A DNA stretch of 64,000 bases from contig LCIE01000002.1 in the NCBI GenBank assembly GCA_001000865.1, positions 32,992 through 96,991 on the forward strand, written 5' to 3'. This document shows positions 31,485-40,568 of the stretch, in pieces. Below the pieces are notes generated by a model that was given only the letters and a program-made list of their open reading frames with translations, had not been told where the DNA came from and ran no database searches. The stretch's first letter is position 1. Each line of letters begins with the position of its first letter. Made by a program: the position numbers and the translations under genes. Origin of the DNA: Candidatus Collierbacteria bacterium GW2011_GWC2_44_18 (GTDB taxonomy: Bacteria > Patescibacteriota > Microgenomatia > UBA1400 > MFAQ01).

Positions 31485-32003
31485 ATGGCATACTCAGGCA
31501 ACACCAATAATTCCAATCGAGGCGGCGGTCGTCCCGCACCCGAAGGTTTCGAGCAGGTTCTCGAAATTCGTCGTGTCAGCAAGAAGACACAGGGAGGCAC
31601 CAACGTCTCTTTTTCTGCACTCGTGGTTACCGGTGACAAAAAAGGTAAAGTCGGTCTTGGTTTAGCCAAAGCCCCAAACGTAGCCGATGCTATCAAAAAA
31701 GCTATCCGTCTCGGTAATCGCGATCTTGTTCAGGTTCCTTTGGTCGAAGGCACCATTCCTTACGAAACTATCTCCAAGTACGGTGCCGCCAAAGTTCTCT
31801 TCCGCCCGGCCCCCAAGGGTACCGGCCTCATCGCCGGCTCTTCTGTCCGCGCAGTGGTCGAAGCCGCCGGTATCACCGACATTGTTTGCAAGGTCATGGG
31901 TACCAACAACAAAACCAGCAACGCCAGGGCTACTTTCAAAGCCCTCAAACAAATCGAAGTTCTAGCCAAGAAATATCAAATGCTCAAGGCACTTAGAGCC
32001 TAA
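31485..32003 (+). CDS. rpsE: 30S ribosomal protein S5
   Basis: Sequence and gene order. Confidence 0.93.
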   Translation: MAYSGNTNNSNRGGGRPAPEGFEQVLEIRRVSKKTQGGTNVSFSALVVTGDKKGKVGLGLAKAPNVADAIKKAIRLGNRDLVQVPLVEGTIPYETISKYGAAKVLFRPAPKGTGLIAGSSVRAVVEAAGITDIVCKVMGTNNKTSNARATFKALKQIEVLAKKYQMLKALRA

Positions 32004-32008
32004 AGACT

Positions 32009-32455
32009 ATGTTTTTATCCAACCTCCCCAAACTCAGCAAAACTCCCAAAAAGCGTCTCGGTCGCGGCTTTGGTTCAGGCGTCGGTGGTCACACCGTCGG
32101 TCGTGGTCAAAAAGGTCAAAAAACTCGTGGCAAGATGCCTCTCTGGTTCGAAGGTGGTCAGTTACCTCTTATTCGCCGTACTCCTTTCATCAAGGGTAAG
32201 CACCGTTTCCAGGTTATCAAGCTTCAGCCCATTACGGTCAACTTTGACCGCCTGGACAAGTTCGACGCCAACTCCGTCATCGATCCCTTATTCCTAGCTA
32301 CGGCCCTAAAGGTGAGCGAAAAGGAAGCCAAACGTGGCTTCAAGATTATCGCCACCGGTAAGCTCACCAAAGCCCTCCAAATCGCCGTTCCCGCCTCCGC
32401 AGGGGCTATCAAAGCCATCGAAACCGCCGGCGGCAAATATCTCCCCACCAAATAA
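32009..32455 (+). CDS. rplO: 50S ribosomal protein L15 (follows rpsE with a 5-nt gap; no L30 gene)
   Basis: GRGFGSGVGGHTVGRGQKGQKTRG motif. Confidence 0.93.
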   Translation: MFLSNLPKLSKTPKKRLGRGFGSGVGGHTVGRGQKGQKTRGKMPLWFEGGQLPLIRRTPFIKGKHRFQVIKLQPITVNFDRLDKFDANSVIDPLFLATALKVSEKEAKRGFKIIATGKLTKALQIAVPASAGAIKAIETAGGKYLPTK

Positions 32456-32462
32456 ATCCCTC

Positions 32463-32491
32463 CCGTAGGGGCGGGCCCTCGCGCCCGCCCG
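32463..32491. repeat. Family-B REP-like palindrome
   Basis: ccgtaggggcgggccctcgcgcccgcccg. Confidence 0.75.
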
Positions 32492-32513
32492 AAATCATTG
32501 GAAAGCCCCTCTC

Positions 32514-32542
32514 TTGAAAATCACCCTATATTATAGTATAAT
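32514..32542 (+). promoter_or_regulatory. near-consensus sigma70 promoter TTGAAA-N17-TATAAT driving the inserted cassette
   Basis: ttgaaaatcaccctatattatagtataat. Confidence 0.6.
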
Positions 32543-32579
32543 GTCCGTCATATCCTAATTCACTTTGACAGTAGTATCG

Positions 32580-32972
32580 ATGAAGAAGTTACTCGACAGT
32601 TTCTGTGTACTGATTAAGCAAGCCATCGAAGCCGCCCAGGACCTCTGGTACGGCAAGGTTCAAGTAAAGGCCAGCCCGTTAATTGATGAAGATGTCGCTG
32701 TAGACGATGCCTTTTTCACGGTGGTTGATCGTGTTATTCTGGCCGTTGAAGAGGGTAATCTCAAACTTGACAGGTCAAAAGTGATCGATGATTGCCTGTT
32801 TTTACTATACGAATACGAAAACAAGGTTGAATTCATCGTTGTTGAACCATACGAAAAGCAAGTTTTTAATTCAACCGAACCCAACTTCACCAACTTACGG
32901 CCATCACTCGTCACAATCGAACTCAAGAGACGACTGACAGAAGTCATGAAACAATGGTTCGAAGGTATCTAA
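32580..32972 (+). CDS. hypothetical acidic protein P1 (130 aa), first gene of the rplO-secY inserted cassette
   Basis: ATG at 32580 in frame with ORF 32565..32972. Stop TAA overlaps the P2 start (TAATG). No recognisable domain. Confidence 0.55.
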   Translation: MKKLLDSFCVLIKQAIEAAQDLWYGKVQVKASPLIDEDVAVDDAFFTVVDRVILAVEEGNLKLDRSKVIDDCLFLLYEYENKVEFIVVEPYEKQVFNSTEPNFTNLRPSLVTIELKRRLTEVMKQWFEGI

Positions 32973-33331
32973 TGGAAGACCTAATTAGTTTCATCGGTGG
33001 ACAGGCTGTAGCCGAGAAATCTTCTCAATATGATTTTCTGGTCAAGTTTTTTAAACTCGTCTCGAGATGTATCAATGCCGGCGAGACCAAACTTCGCTTG
33101 GAACATTCAAAGATTAAAGATCGGGTCTTTTTCCTCAAAATGGCCGAAGGTGGATATCTGGCCATCAAGCCGGATGAGCTTAAGATCTTTGAAGCCGATG
33201 AAGATATGCAAATCCTTAAGAAGGATTTTGCACTTCCGTACGAAAATCTTATAGCTACTTACACCGAGCTTAGAGCACGATTAGTTTATCGTCTCGCAAC
33301 CACTAAACTAAGCAGACAACCGTTAGGGTAA
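32972..33331 (+). CDS. hypothetical protein P2 (119 aa), translationally coupled to P1
   Basis: ATG at 32972 overlapping the P1 stop. No recognisable domain. Confidence 0.55.
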   Translation: MEDLISFIGGQAVAEKSSQYDFLVKFFKLVSRCINAGETKLRLEHSKIKDRVFFLKMAEGGYLAIKPDELKIFEADEDMQILKKDFALPYENLIATYTELRARLVYRLATTKLSRQPLG

Positions 33332-33340
33332 AATCATTAA

Positions 33341-33372
33341 CCTATCCACCCACCCCTAACCGGGTGGTTTTT
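33341..33372 (+). terminator. intrinsic terminator after P2
   Basis: cccacccctaaccgggtggtttttt. Confidence 0.55.
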
Positions 33373-33392
33373 TGTGGCTTATACTTGAAGCA

Positions 33393-34289
33393 ATGGATTC
33401 GATCAAAAAGATTATCACCGAACTCTCTGTGTTTTCCCCTCGGCAAGGCGAAAATGAAATCAAGGCGGCCAAATATATCGAATCTTTTCTCAGTTCCCAT
33501 AACGTCGACTTTTCGGTACAAACATTTAAAACTGAGGTGTCTATCACCATAAGTGCAGAGTTATTTTTAGATGATCATCAAATTCCCTGTTTGGGTGGCT
33601 CTTTTGAGAGTGGAAAAATCACGTCCGCCTCTCAGGTTCATTTTAGTCCTTATTCTAATTATATTGAAACCATAAACTACCCCTCTGATCCCGGCGTTCA
33701 TATTTCTAGAGCCAACAAATCATTATTAGAAAAGGCGGTTAAAATTTCCGGTGAGGTTATGGTCGAAGAGTTTTTCTTCCTCTCAAAAAACATTTTAGTG
33801 GGGAACGCGGTAAACCCCGAAAAAATAGTTTTCGCTCATTACGATTCACTTGGCGGTGGGGCTCTCGATAACGCCGGCAGTGTCGCCATCTGTCTAAATC
33901 TCTTAACTGAGAACCGTGATTTGATATCTGAGAACTTATTCGTTTTTGTCGGTAATGAAGAACTTTCCTACGACTCCCCCGAATATTGGGGCAAGGGTTA
34001 TCGCGAGTTTGAAAAACAATATCTGGATTTACTGAACTTCGCTAAAGAAATAATTGTCGTCGATGGGGTTGGCGTCACCACACCACAGACAATCACTGAG
34101 AACATAGAGGACGCCTTTCCCGTTCGGAATCTCAGCACTCTCATTTCAAAAGTTACTTGGATTTCCAGCATCCAGTCCGAAGTCCTGAAATGCTACCACT
34201 GCCTAGAAGACACCCCAGACAAATTAAACCAGGTTTTTCTCAGCCAATCCCAATCAATGATTAAACAAAAACTTCTAAACTCAGTCTGA
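33393..34289 (+). CDS. M28-family peptidase-like protein (possibly inactive variant)
   Basis: FAHYDSLGGGALDNAGSVAI resembles the M28 HxD...GAxDDxSG metal-binding motifs, with DD replaced by DN. Alternative start at 33372. Confidence 0.5.
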   Translation: MDSIKKIITELSVFSPRQGENEIKAAKYIESFLSSHNVDFSVQTFKTEVSITISAELFLDDHQIPCLGGSFESGKITSASQVHFSPYSNYIETINYPSDPGVHISRANKSLLEKAVKISGEVMVEEFFFLSKNILVGNAVNPEKIVFAHYDSLGGGALDNAGSVAICLNLLTENRDLISENLFVFVGNEELSYDSPEYWGKGYREFEKQYLDLLNFAKEIIVVDGVGVTTPQTITENIEDAFPVRNLSTLISKVTWISSIQSEVLKCYHCLEDTPDKLNQVFLSQSQSMIKQKLLNSV

Positions 34290-34312
34290 GCTGGTAGAAT
34301 AGATCTCACGAT

Positions 34313-35593
34313 ATGAATAATATATTAGCTCCTTTGCGCGCCCTATTTAAGATAAAAGATCTTAGAAACAGATTGATTTTTACTGCTATTGTCATCGCCA
34401 TTTTCCGTTTGGTTGCCCACATCCCCGCGCCAGGGATCAACTTAGCCGCCCTCAAAGGACTCTTCGATTCATCTGCCTTTCTTTCTTTACTAGATGTCTT
34501 TTCCGGTGGCACTCTGACAAATTTTTCCGTCATGGCCCTTGGTCTCAATCCTTACATCAACGCCTCCATTATTATGCAGATGCTCGGCATGGTAGTTCCC
34601 AAGCTGGAAGAGCTTCAGAAGGAAGGCGACTACGGTCGCCAAAAAATCAATCAATACACTCGTCTTCTTACTATTCCACTTTGTTTCTTTCAGGGTATCG
34701 CTTTGATCATGCTTCTCCGGGGACAAGGACTTACTACTACTGCTGATCCGCTAAAGTTGGCTTCTATTGTTTTCACTCTTGCCGCCGGCACTTCTTTTTT
34801 AATCTGGCTCGGTGAACAATTAAATGAATACGGCGTTGGCAACGGTATTAGTTTAATAATCTTCGTTGGTATCGTCACTAGACTACCGGTCGCCGCCGCT
34901 CAAGTTCTTACCACTATCGATCCTTCCCAGATATTTACTTATTTAATCTTTGGTTTTTTTGCGGCCGCCTCTGTCTACGCTATCGTCCGAGTTGGGGAAG
35001 CCGTTCGGGAAGTTCCGATTCAATCAGCCAGACGCGGGGCTTCCTTCACTTCTGTCGTTGGCAATCACCTACCACTTCGTCTCAATCAGGCTGGCGTCAT
35101 CCCGATTATCTTTGCCGTTTCTTTCATGTTGATTCCTAACCTTTTAAGCCGTGTCTTTTCTGGTTCCAGCCAACCAGTTCTTGCTCAAATCTCCAGAAAT
35201 GTTGGGCTTTTCTTGGCACCTAATACGGTTCTTTATAATGTTCTTTATTTTGTCTTGGTTGTCGCTTTTTGTTATTTCTATACTGCAGTTGTTTTTAATC
35301 CGGAAAAAATTGCCAAAGATCTTCGCTCTTCCGGCTCCTTCATTCCCGGTGTTCGCCCGGGTCCCAACACAGTTGATTATCTCAACTTTGTTTTAAACAG
35401 AATTACTTTGGTAGGAGCCTCTTTCCTAGGTCTTGTCGCCATCTTCCCCTCCATTATTTCCGGAGTTACCGGCATCACCTCCATCGCCATAGGAGGAACG
35501 GGTATCTTAATTGTCGTTTCTGTTGTTTTGGAAATTCTTAAGACAATCAACTCTCAGCTCTACATGTACAGTTACGACAAATTTCTAGACTAA
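34313..35593 (+). CDS. secY: preprotein translocase subunit SecY
   Basis: 426 aa, 10 TM helices, spc-operon position. Confidence 0.93.
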   Translation: MNNILAPLRALFKIKDLRNRLIFTAIVIAIFRLVAHIPAPGINLAALKGLFDSSAFLSLLDVFSGGTLTNFSVMALGLNPYINASIIMQMLGMVVPKLEELQKEGDYGRQKINQYTRLLTIPLCFFQGIALIMLLRGQGLTTTADPLKLASIVFTLAAGTSFLIWLGEQLNEYGVGNGISLIIFVGIVTRLPVAAAQVLTTIDPSQIFTYLIFGFFAAASVYAIVRVGEAVREVPIQSARRGASFTSVVGNHLPLRLNQAGVIPIIFAVSFMLIPNLLSRVFSGSSQPVLAQISRNVGLFLAPNTVLYNVLYFVLVVAFCYFYTAVVFNPEKIAKDLRSSGSFIPGVRPGPNTVDYLNFVLNRITLVGASFLGLVAIFPSIISGVTGITSIAIGGTGILIVVSVVLEILKTINSQLYMYSYDKFLD

Positions 35594-35596
35594 TAA

Positions 35597-35631
35597 TTGT
35601 CATTGCGAGGAGTACTCGACGCGGCAATCTG
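35597..35631. repeat. Family-A palindromic element
   Basis: ttgtcattgcgaggagtactcgacgcggcaatctg. Confidence 0.8.
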
Positions 35632-35645
35632 TAAATATACACTAA

Positions 35646-36206
35646 ATGAACCTCATTATTCTCGGACCACAAGGCTCAGGCAAAGGTACTCAAGCCAAGT
35701 TACTTGCCGAAAAGTTCGGATATGTTCATGTGTCATCCGGATCTCGCCTTCGTGAATTCGCCAAGAACGGAACCCCCAAAGGAGATTTAATCGCTGATCT
35801 CCTAACTACGGGGGAACTCATGCCCTTTGATACGGTCATGGAAGTTATCGAGCCGGATCTTCTGGGTGCCAAGCACGGTTTTATCTTAGACGGTACCCCT
35901 AGAAACTTAATGCAAGCAGAGTATTTGGAATGGTTTCTAAAAGAGCGTGGTCTTTCCATAGATAAGGTAATCCTTCTAAACATTCCGCGAGAAGTCAGTC
36001 TTGACCGTTTGCAAAAACGCGCCAAAATCGAGAATCGTTCCGACGATACTCCGGAAGCCATTCACGCAAGATTGGACATTTATGACAACGAGACCATTCC
36101 TGTCATCGAATATTTTCGCAAACAGGACAAGCTAATCGAAGTCGACGGCACTCCCGATATCCAAACAATCTTTTTGGACATCGTCTCAAAGCTAGAAAAC
36201 AAATAG
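35646..36206 (+). CDS. adk: adenylate kinase (short, lid-less type)
   Basis: MNLIILGPQGSGKGTQA P-loop. 186 aa. Confidence 0.93.
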   Translation: MNLIILGPQGSGKGTQAKLLAEKFGYVHVSSGSRLREFAKNGTPKGDLIADLLTTGELMPFDTVMEVIEPDLLGAKHGFILDGTPRNLMQAEYLEWFLKERGLSIDKVILLNIPREVSLDRLQKRAKIENRSDDTPEAIHARLDIYDNETIPVIEYFRKQDKLIEVDGTPDIQTIFLDIVSKLENK

Positions 36207-36210
36207 TTCT

Positions 36211-36250
36211 CGTCATTCCGAACCAAAACCCTACCTGTCGGCAGGAATCC
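36211..36250. repeat. Family-A variant element (GTCATTCCGAACC...CTGTCGGCAGGAATCC)
   Basis: Intergenic after adk. Confidence 0.7.
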
Positions 36251-36324
36251 CCACGGCTGAGATTACAGAAAAGGAGTGTGATATAATACCCTATATAGTC
36301 TTGTAATTTGATAAAGGAGCTAAC

Positions 36325-36687
36325 ATGTTTTTACAGATTCTCTACGCGTCTGATCGTAAGGTTGAAGCTGAAGAGTTTTTAAAGAATCTTATTCAACGGT
36401 CATTTTCTTGTATGATGTTGGGGGAAGAAGATACCCCACCGTTGGGAATAAGCAAACCTGTAGTTTTGGTCCTCATTAGCCCAGGACTTCTGGGGAGCGA
36501 GTATCTGAAAGGACTGATGGATTTGGCAATTATGTGTGATTGCTTTATGCCTATTATCATCGGGCAGCCAGAAGCAGAACTACCGCTCAGGGTCAAGATC
36601 TATTCTGTAATTAACTTAAACCATCCCTACACTCGTGCCGCCGAGTTTGAGCGTCTCGTCCGGTCAATTATGCATAAGTACCTCTAA
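36325..36687 (+). CDS. TIR-like (flavodoxin-fold) small protein, paralog 1 (120 aa)
   Basis: ILYASDRKVEAEEFLKNL resembles the TIR N-terminal FISYSxxD...A..L motif, and VVLVLISPGLLGSEYLKGLMDLAI resembles the TIR vvVlSpnY.S.WC.El segment. RBS AAAGGAG. Own terminator. Confidence 0.45.
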   Translation: MFLQILYASDRKVEAEEFLKNLIQRSFSCMMLGEEDTPPLGISKPVVLVLISPGLLGSEYLKGLMDLAIMCDCFMPIIIGQPEAELPLRVKIYSVINLNHPYTRAAEFERLVRSIMHKYL

Positions 36688-36709
36688 GCCTCCGGAAGGG
36701 GGCTTTTTT
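36687..36709 (+). terminator. intrinsic terminator
   Basis: gcctccggaagggggctttttt. Confidence 0.55.
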
Positions 36710-36748
36710 ATGTCTACAAGTTTCGCACTTACACCGTACCTAACAGAT

Positions 36749-36800
36749 GTCATGCCGGACCTGATAGGGCCGCTGGTCCCCGAAGGGGGAAATCCATCCC
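36749..36800. repeat. Family-A long variant (GTCATGCCGGACCTGATAGGGCCGCTGGTCCCCGAAGGGGGAAATCCATCC)
   Basis: Near-identical copy inside the CapA-fusion CDS at 52438-52493. Confidence 0.8.
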
Positions 36801-36834
36801 ATCACTCCGAATAAATAAATGTAAAATATACCCA

Positions 36835-37569
36835 ATGACAAAATACCAAGCCATGACCGAAGGGGGCAAGAAACTCGGCCACATCAAAGGCCTCTTGGCT
36901 GGCATGGTCAAAGAGGGTGTTACGCCTCTGGAAATCGATGCTCAGGTAGAAAAACTGATTAAGGAAGGGGGCGACAAGCCGAACTTCAAAATGGAGCCAG
37001 GTTACCACCACTCCACCTGCATCAACGTTAACCAAGGCATTGTCCACGGCATACCTGGCGATATTCCTTTCAAAGCAGGAGACGTAGTCAAAATAGACAT
37101 GGGCCTCTTCCACGAAGGCTATCACCTGGATACTTCTATTACTGTAGCTATTCCACCGGTTTCTCACTCCGTGGCCAAATTCCTAGAGGTCTGTCAGAGC
37201 TCGCTCGACGCCGCCATTTTCGAGGCCATTCCCGGGCATACCGTTTACGATATCAGCTTAGCTATGCAAACCGTGGTGGAGACAGCCGGGTACAACGTCA
37301 TCCGGGATCTCACCGGGCACGGAATAGGAAGGAAGCTCCACATGGAGCCATATATTCCTTGTTTTGCCGACAATAAGAGTAAGAAGTTTGTCCTTTCTGT
37401 CGACCAGACGGTCGCCATCGAGGCCATGGTCGCCATAGGGGATTGGCACTTGGTCGAGGACCCGGACGGTTGGACTCTTTCCACTCAGGACGGTTCTATT
37501 ACGGCTATGATCGAAGAAACCGTTTACATCACCCCCGAAGGCCCCAAAATCCTCACAGGCATTAATTAA
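36835..37569 (+). CDS. map: methionine aminopeptidase type I
   Basis: Pita-bread fold motifs (HGIPGDIPFKAGDVVKIDMG, HGIGRKLHMEP). Confidence 0.92.
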   Translation: MTKYQAMTEGGKKLGHIKGLLAGMVKEGVTPLEIDAQVEKLIKEGGDKPNFKMEPGYHHSTCINVNQGIVHGIPGDIPFKAGDVVKIDMGLFHEGYHLDTSITVAIPPVSHSVAKFLEVCQSSLDAAIFEAIPGHTVYDISLAMQTVVETAGYNVIRDLTGHGIGRKLHMEPYIPCFADNKSKKFVLSVDQTVAIEAMVAIGDWHLVEDPDGWTLSTQDGSITAMIEETVYITPEGPKILTGIN

Positions 37570-37659
37570 TTACCCCACCCACTCGTTTCTCTCGTTTCCC
37601 TCTCCTTCAGAAGGAGAGAGTGTCGAATTATTGAGACCGGTGGGGTAAGTCAACACACA

Positions 37660-37694
37660 AAAAACCCGCTTCTCCTGTGAGAAGCGGGTTTTAT
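37660..37694. terminator. bidirectional intrinsic terminator
   Basis: aaaaacccgcttctcctgtgagaagcgggtttta. Confidence 0.65.
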
Positions 37695-37695
37695 A

Positions 37696-37827
37696 CTAGG
37701 GGGCTAGAAAAGCTCGTAAAAGCTCCCCCAACCCTATCAAGCCCGTGCTGGCACAAAAACACCCAATCGCCAGCAGGAACAAAATAAACAAGACCACGAT
37801 TTTCCACAGGGGCATGGTTTTAAACAT
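37696..37827 (-). CDS. possible small hydrophobic peptide (43 aa)
   Basis: GGAGG RBS 4-5 nt before ATG. Peptide MFKTMPLWKIVVLFILFLLAIGCFCASTGLIGLGELLRAFLAP. Below the ORF-track size cutoff. Confidence 0.3.
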   Translation of the reverse strand: MFKTMPLWKIVVLFILFLLAIGCFCASTGLIGLGELLRAFLAP

Positions 37828-37981
37828 TTTTCCTCCAGAACATAAATTTTACGTGCTTAGATAACCCATATATTAGCACAAACCCCTCATTTTGTCAAGA
37901 CTATGGGGTAGCGTTACGTCACAATTCAATTCCATTATGCTAAAATACCCCATATTCTGCTTTTTAAAATTGGAGGTATTC

Positions 37982-38452
37982 ATGGCCAGTCTTATTATTC
38001 TTCACGCAACGGATGCTTCCGACGAAGCTGAGGGGCTTCAAACGCAGTTGTCAGGAGAAGGTATTACTGCGATGACTTTTTCGGAGGTTTTGCTCGAAGG
38101 CCCACTCAATATTGCCGAGCTAGTCGCCTCTTCAGCCGGCGTCATTTTTATTTTGACAAATGGTTTACTGAACGACATGGTTTGTCTAACTATGGCCAAG
38201 CAAGCCATGAAAGCTCAAAAGGGCTTGCCTGTGATTTTCGAGGACATCACCACTCCTGCTTGGTCCGGTCGACCATTCAGGTTAATGCCCAGTGATATGT
38301 ACGAAGTTGAATGGGGTTTCTTCGTAACCCAAATCCGTAGCTACATCAGCTTCGCGGAACTGTGTCGTTCCATTGATGATTCCATGGTAACCGAAACCGC
38401 GGAAGAAGTTTTATCGGAAGAAGGGATCGAATCTGGACCCGAAGTAGTTTAA
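37982..38452 (+). CDS. TIR-like (flavodoxin-fold) small protein, paralog 2 (156 aa)
   Basis: GGAGG RBS. ILHATDASDEAEGLQTQL parallels paralog 1 (ILYASDRKVEAEEFLKNL). Own terminator. Confidence 0.45.
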   Translation: MASLIILHATDASDEAEGLQTQLSGEGITAMTFSEVLLEGPLNIAELVASSAGVIFILTNGLLNDMVCLTMAKQAMKAQKGLPVIFEDITTPAWSGRPFRLMPSDMYEVEWGFFVTQIRSYISFAELCRSIDDSMVTETAEEVLSEEGIESGPEVV

Positions 38453-38460
38453 GTTCAAGT

Positions 38461-38482
38461 CCCCGTAAGGGGACTTTTATAG
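38461..38482 (+). terminator. intrinsic terminator
   Basis: agtccccgtaaggggactttt. Confidence 0.6.
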
Positions 38483-38569
38483 TACAATTGCCCTATCAAG
38501 TGGTCCTCCTCTCCTGGGTCTAGCAATCTGCGCTCAGGTTTGGTAGAATACCACTTGCACAACTTTTAT

Positions 38570-38788
38570 ATGGCTAAAAACCAGATGACTGAGGTAAACG
38601 GAGTCGTCTCCGAGTCGCTACCCAACATGCAGTTTAGGGTGACACTCGATGACGGCAGAGAAATCTTGGCTCATCTTGCTGGTCGAATGCGTCTCCATCG
38701 CATTCGCGTCATGCCCGGCGACAAAGTCAAACTCGAAATGAGTGACTATGACACGGACAAAGGCAGGATAGTTTATAGATCAAGCTAG
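38570..38788 (+). CDS. infA: translation initiation factor IF-1
   Basis: [41 protein letters not shown]...GDKV...YD..KGRIVYR, typical IF-1 S1-fold. Confidence 0.9.
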   Translation: MAKNQMTEVNGVVSESLPNMQFRVTLDDGREILAHLAGRMRLHRIRVMPGDKVKLEMSDYDTDKGRIVYRSS

Positions 38789-38835
38789 CTTCGTTTCCCT
38801 CTCAACAATAATTATTTAAATAAACTTAAACGCGC

Positions 38836-38949
38836 ATGCGGGTTCAATCCTCCGTCAGACCTCGTTGTAAAAATTGCAAAATTATTAAACGCCATGGTAA
38901 GGTGTTAGTTATTTGTACCAACCCTCGCCACAAACAGCGACAAGGATAA
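38836..38949 (+). CDS. rpmJ: 50S ribosomal protein L36
   Basis: [37 protein letters not shown] (37 aa), below ORF-track cutoff, found by manual translation. Confidence 0.85.
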   Translation: MRVQSSVRPRCKNCKIIKRHGKVLVICTNPRHKQRQG

Positions 38950-38962
38950 ATCATAGAAAAAT

Positions 38963-39394
38963 ATGCCCAGACTTTCAGGTATCGACATTCCAAACGAAAA
39001 ACGAATTGACATTTCCCTTACTTATATCTACGGGATCGGAGAAAAAGTTGCCCACGACATTCTCAAAATAGCCAAAGTAGATCCTAGTATTCGCACCAAG
39101 AATCTTACCGGAGAAGAACTAAAAAATATTCAAGCCGCTATCGAAACAATGCCTACTGAGGGTGAACTGAGAAAAGTTATTCGCGATAATATCGAAACCT
39201 TAAAAAGAATTCAAGCATACCGAGGTGTGAGACACTCCATGGGCCTTCCGGTCAGAGGACAGAGAACCAGAACCAATGCTCGCACCCGAAAAGGGAAGAG
39301 AAAGACCATCGGTGCCATCTCCAAAGAGGCAGCTACTCCAGCAGCAACCCCATCGAAAGCCGCTCCAGCCAAGGCTACTACCGCAAAGAAATAA
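38963..39394 (+). CDS. rpsM: 30S ribosomal protein S13
   Basis: MPRLSGIDIPNEKRIDISLTYIYGIG motif. Confidence 0.93.
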   Translation: MPRLSGIDIPNEKRIDISLTYIYGIGEKVAHDILKIAKVDPSIRTKNLTGEELKNIQAAIETMPTEGELRKVIRDNIETLKRIQAYRGVRHSMGLPVRGQRTRTNARTRKGKRKTIGAISKEAATPAATPSKAAPAKATTAKK

Positions 39395-39403
39395 TTTCTA
39401 AAT

Positions 39404-39823
39404 ATGGCAGAAACAAAACCAACCACCAAACAGCAATCCGTTACTAAAGCCAAAAAGACGTCGGCGATCCACTTTAAGAGCGGTCAGGGGAAAATGTATG
39501 TCAAGTCTACTTTTAACACCACCTATGTCACTTTTACCGATACCAATGGGAACACTATTTGCTGGAGCTCGGCCGGCACTTGTGGTTTCAAAGGCGCCAA
39601 GCGTTCCACTCCTTTTGCCGCTACTACCATTATCGAAGAAGGCATCAGAAAAGCCAAAACCCTAGGTATGACTGGTGTCGACGCCTATTTGAAAGGTCCC
39701 GGTCCAGGTAAAGACGCTGCCCTTCGAGTTTTAAAGACATCTGGTGTCGAAATTAATATGCTGGCCGACACAACTCCCATCCCTCACAACGGCTGTCGCC
39801 CCAGGAAACACCGCAGAGTCTAA
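39404..39823 (+). CDS. rpsK: 30S ribosomal protein S11
   Basis: Sequence and gene order. Confidence 0.92.
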   Translation: MAETKPTTKQQSVTKAKKTSAIHFKSGQGKMYVKSTFNTTYVTFTDTNGNTICWSSAGTCGFKGAKRSTPFAATTIIEEGIRKAKTLGMTGVDAYLKGPGPGKDAALRVLKTSGVEINMLADTTPIPHNGCRPRKHRRV

Positions 39824-39832
39824 AATATTTAC

Positions 39833-39876
39833 CGTCATTGCGCGGTCGCCTAAGGCGACCAAAGCAATCCAGAAAA
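39833..39876. repeat. Family-A palindromic element
   Basis: cgtcattgcgcggtcgcctaaggcgaccaaagcaatccagaaaaa. Confidence 0.85.
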
Positions 39877-39920
39877 ATAAATATAAAATACACAATTTAC
39901 AATCTAAAATAATCTAAAAA

Positions 39921-40544
39921 ATGGCCAAATACATAGATCCAAAATGCAGACTCTGTCGCCGAGAAGGTGTCAAACTCTATCTCAAAGGCGCCCGCTGTCT
40001 CTCACCCAAATGTCCAATCGAAAAGAAGGGTGGTCAAGTGCCTGGCCAACACGGTAAGAAAAGAGCCCGAGGCCGAATTTCCGGATACGGCATCCAGTTA
40101 AGAGAGAAACAGAAGGCCAAACGTCTTTATGCTGTCTTGGAAAATCAGTTCCATGGCTACTATGAGCAAGCTATCAAATCTCGCGGAAATACCGCCGAGG
40201 TTCTTATTCAGCTTTTGGAGTCTCGTCTCGACAATATCTGCTATCGATTAGGTTTTGTTACCTCCCGTTCATTCGCTCGTCAACTCGTTACTCATGGAAA
40301 TGTTCTGGTAGACGGCAAGAGAGTCGACGTTCCCTCTTTTCAAATCAAACCAGGTATGGTCATTTCCCTTCCGGAAAATGCCGCCAAATTCGACTTCGTG
40401 GCTCCTAATCTGATCGAGAAAAATGCACCTGCCAAATGGCTCTCACGTGTGGGTACCCAAGGCAAAGTGGATCGCATGCCCACTACCGATGAAATTGGCT
40501 CCGATATTAAAACCAATCTAATTATTGAGTTCTACTCAAGATAA
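39921..40544 (+). CDS. rpsD: 30S ribosomal protein S4 (zinc-finger type)
   Basis: CRLCRREG...CLSPKC N-terminal zinc motif and an S4 domain. Confidence 0.93.
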   Translation: MAKYIDPKCRLCRREGVKLYLKGARCLSPKCPIEKKGGQVPGQHGKKRARGRISGYGIQLREKQKAKRLYAVLENQFHGYYEQAIKSRGNTAEVLIQLLESRLDNICYRLGFVTSRSFARQLVTHGNVLVDGKRVDVPSFQIKPGMVISLPENAAKFDFVAPNLIEKNAPAKWLSRVGTQGKVDRMPTTDEIGSDIKTNLIIEFYSR

Positions 40545-40568
40545 TTCATTAACAATTACTACATAAAA

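Noticed and set aside
32003-32009. A hidden rpmD (L30) gene between rpsE and rplO
   Set aside because: The gap is only 5 nt, so no ORF can fit. L30 is absent from this locus.
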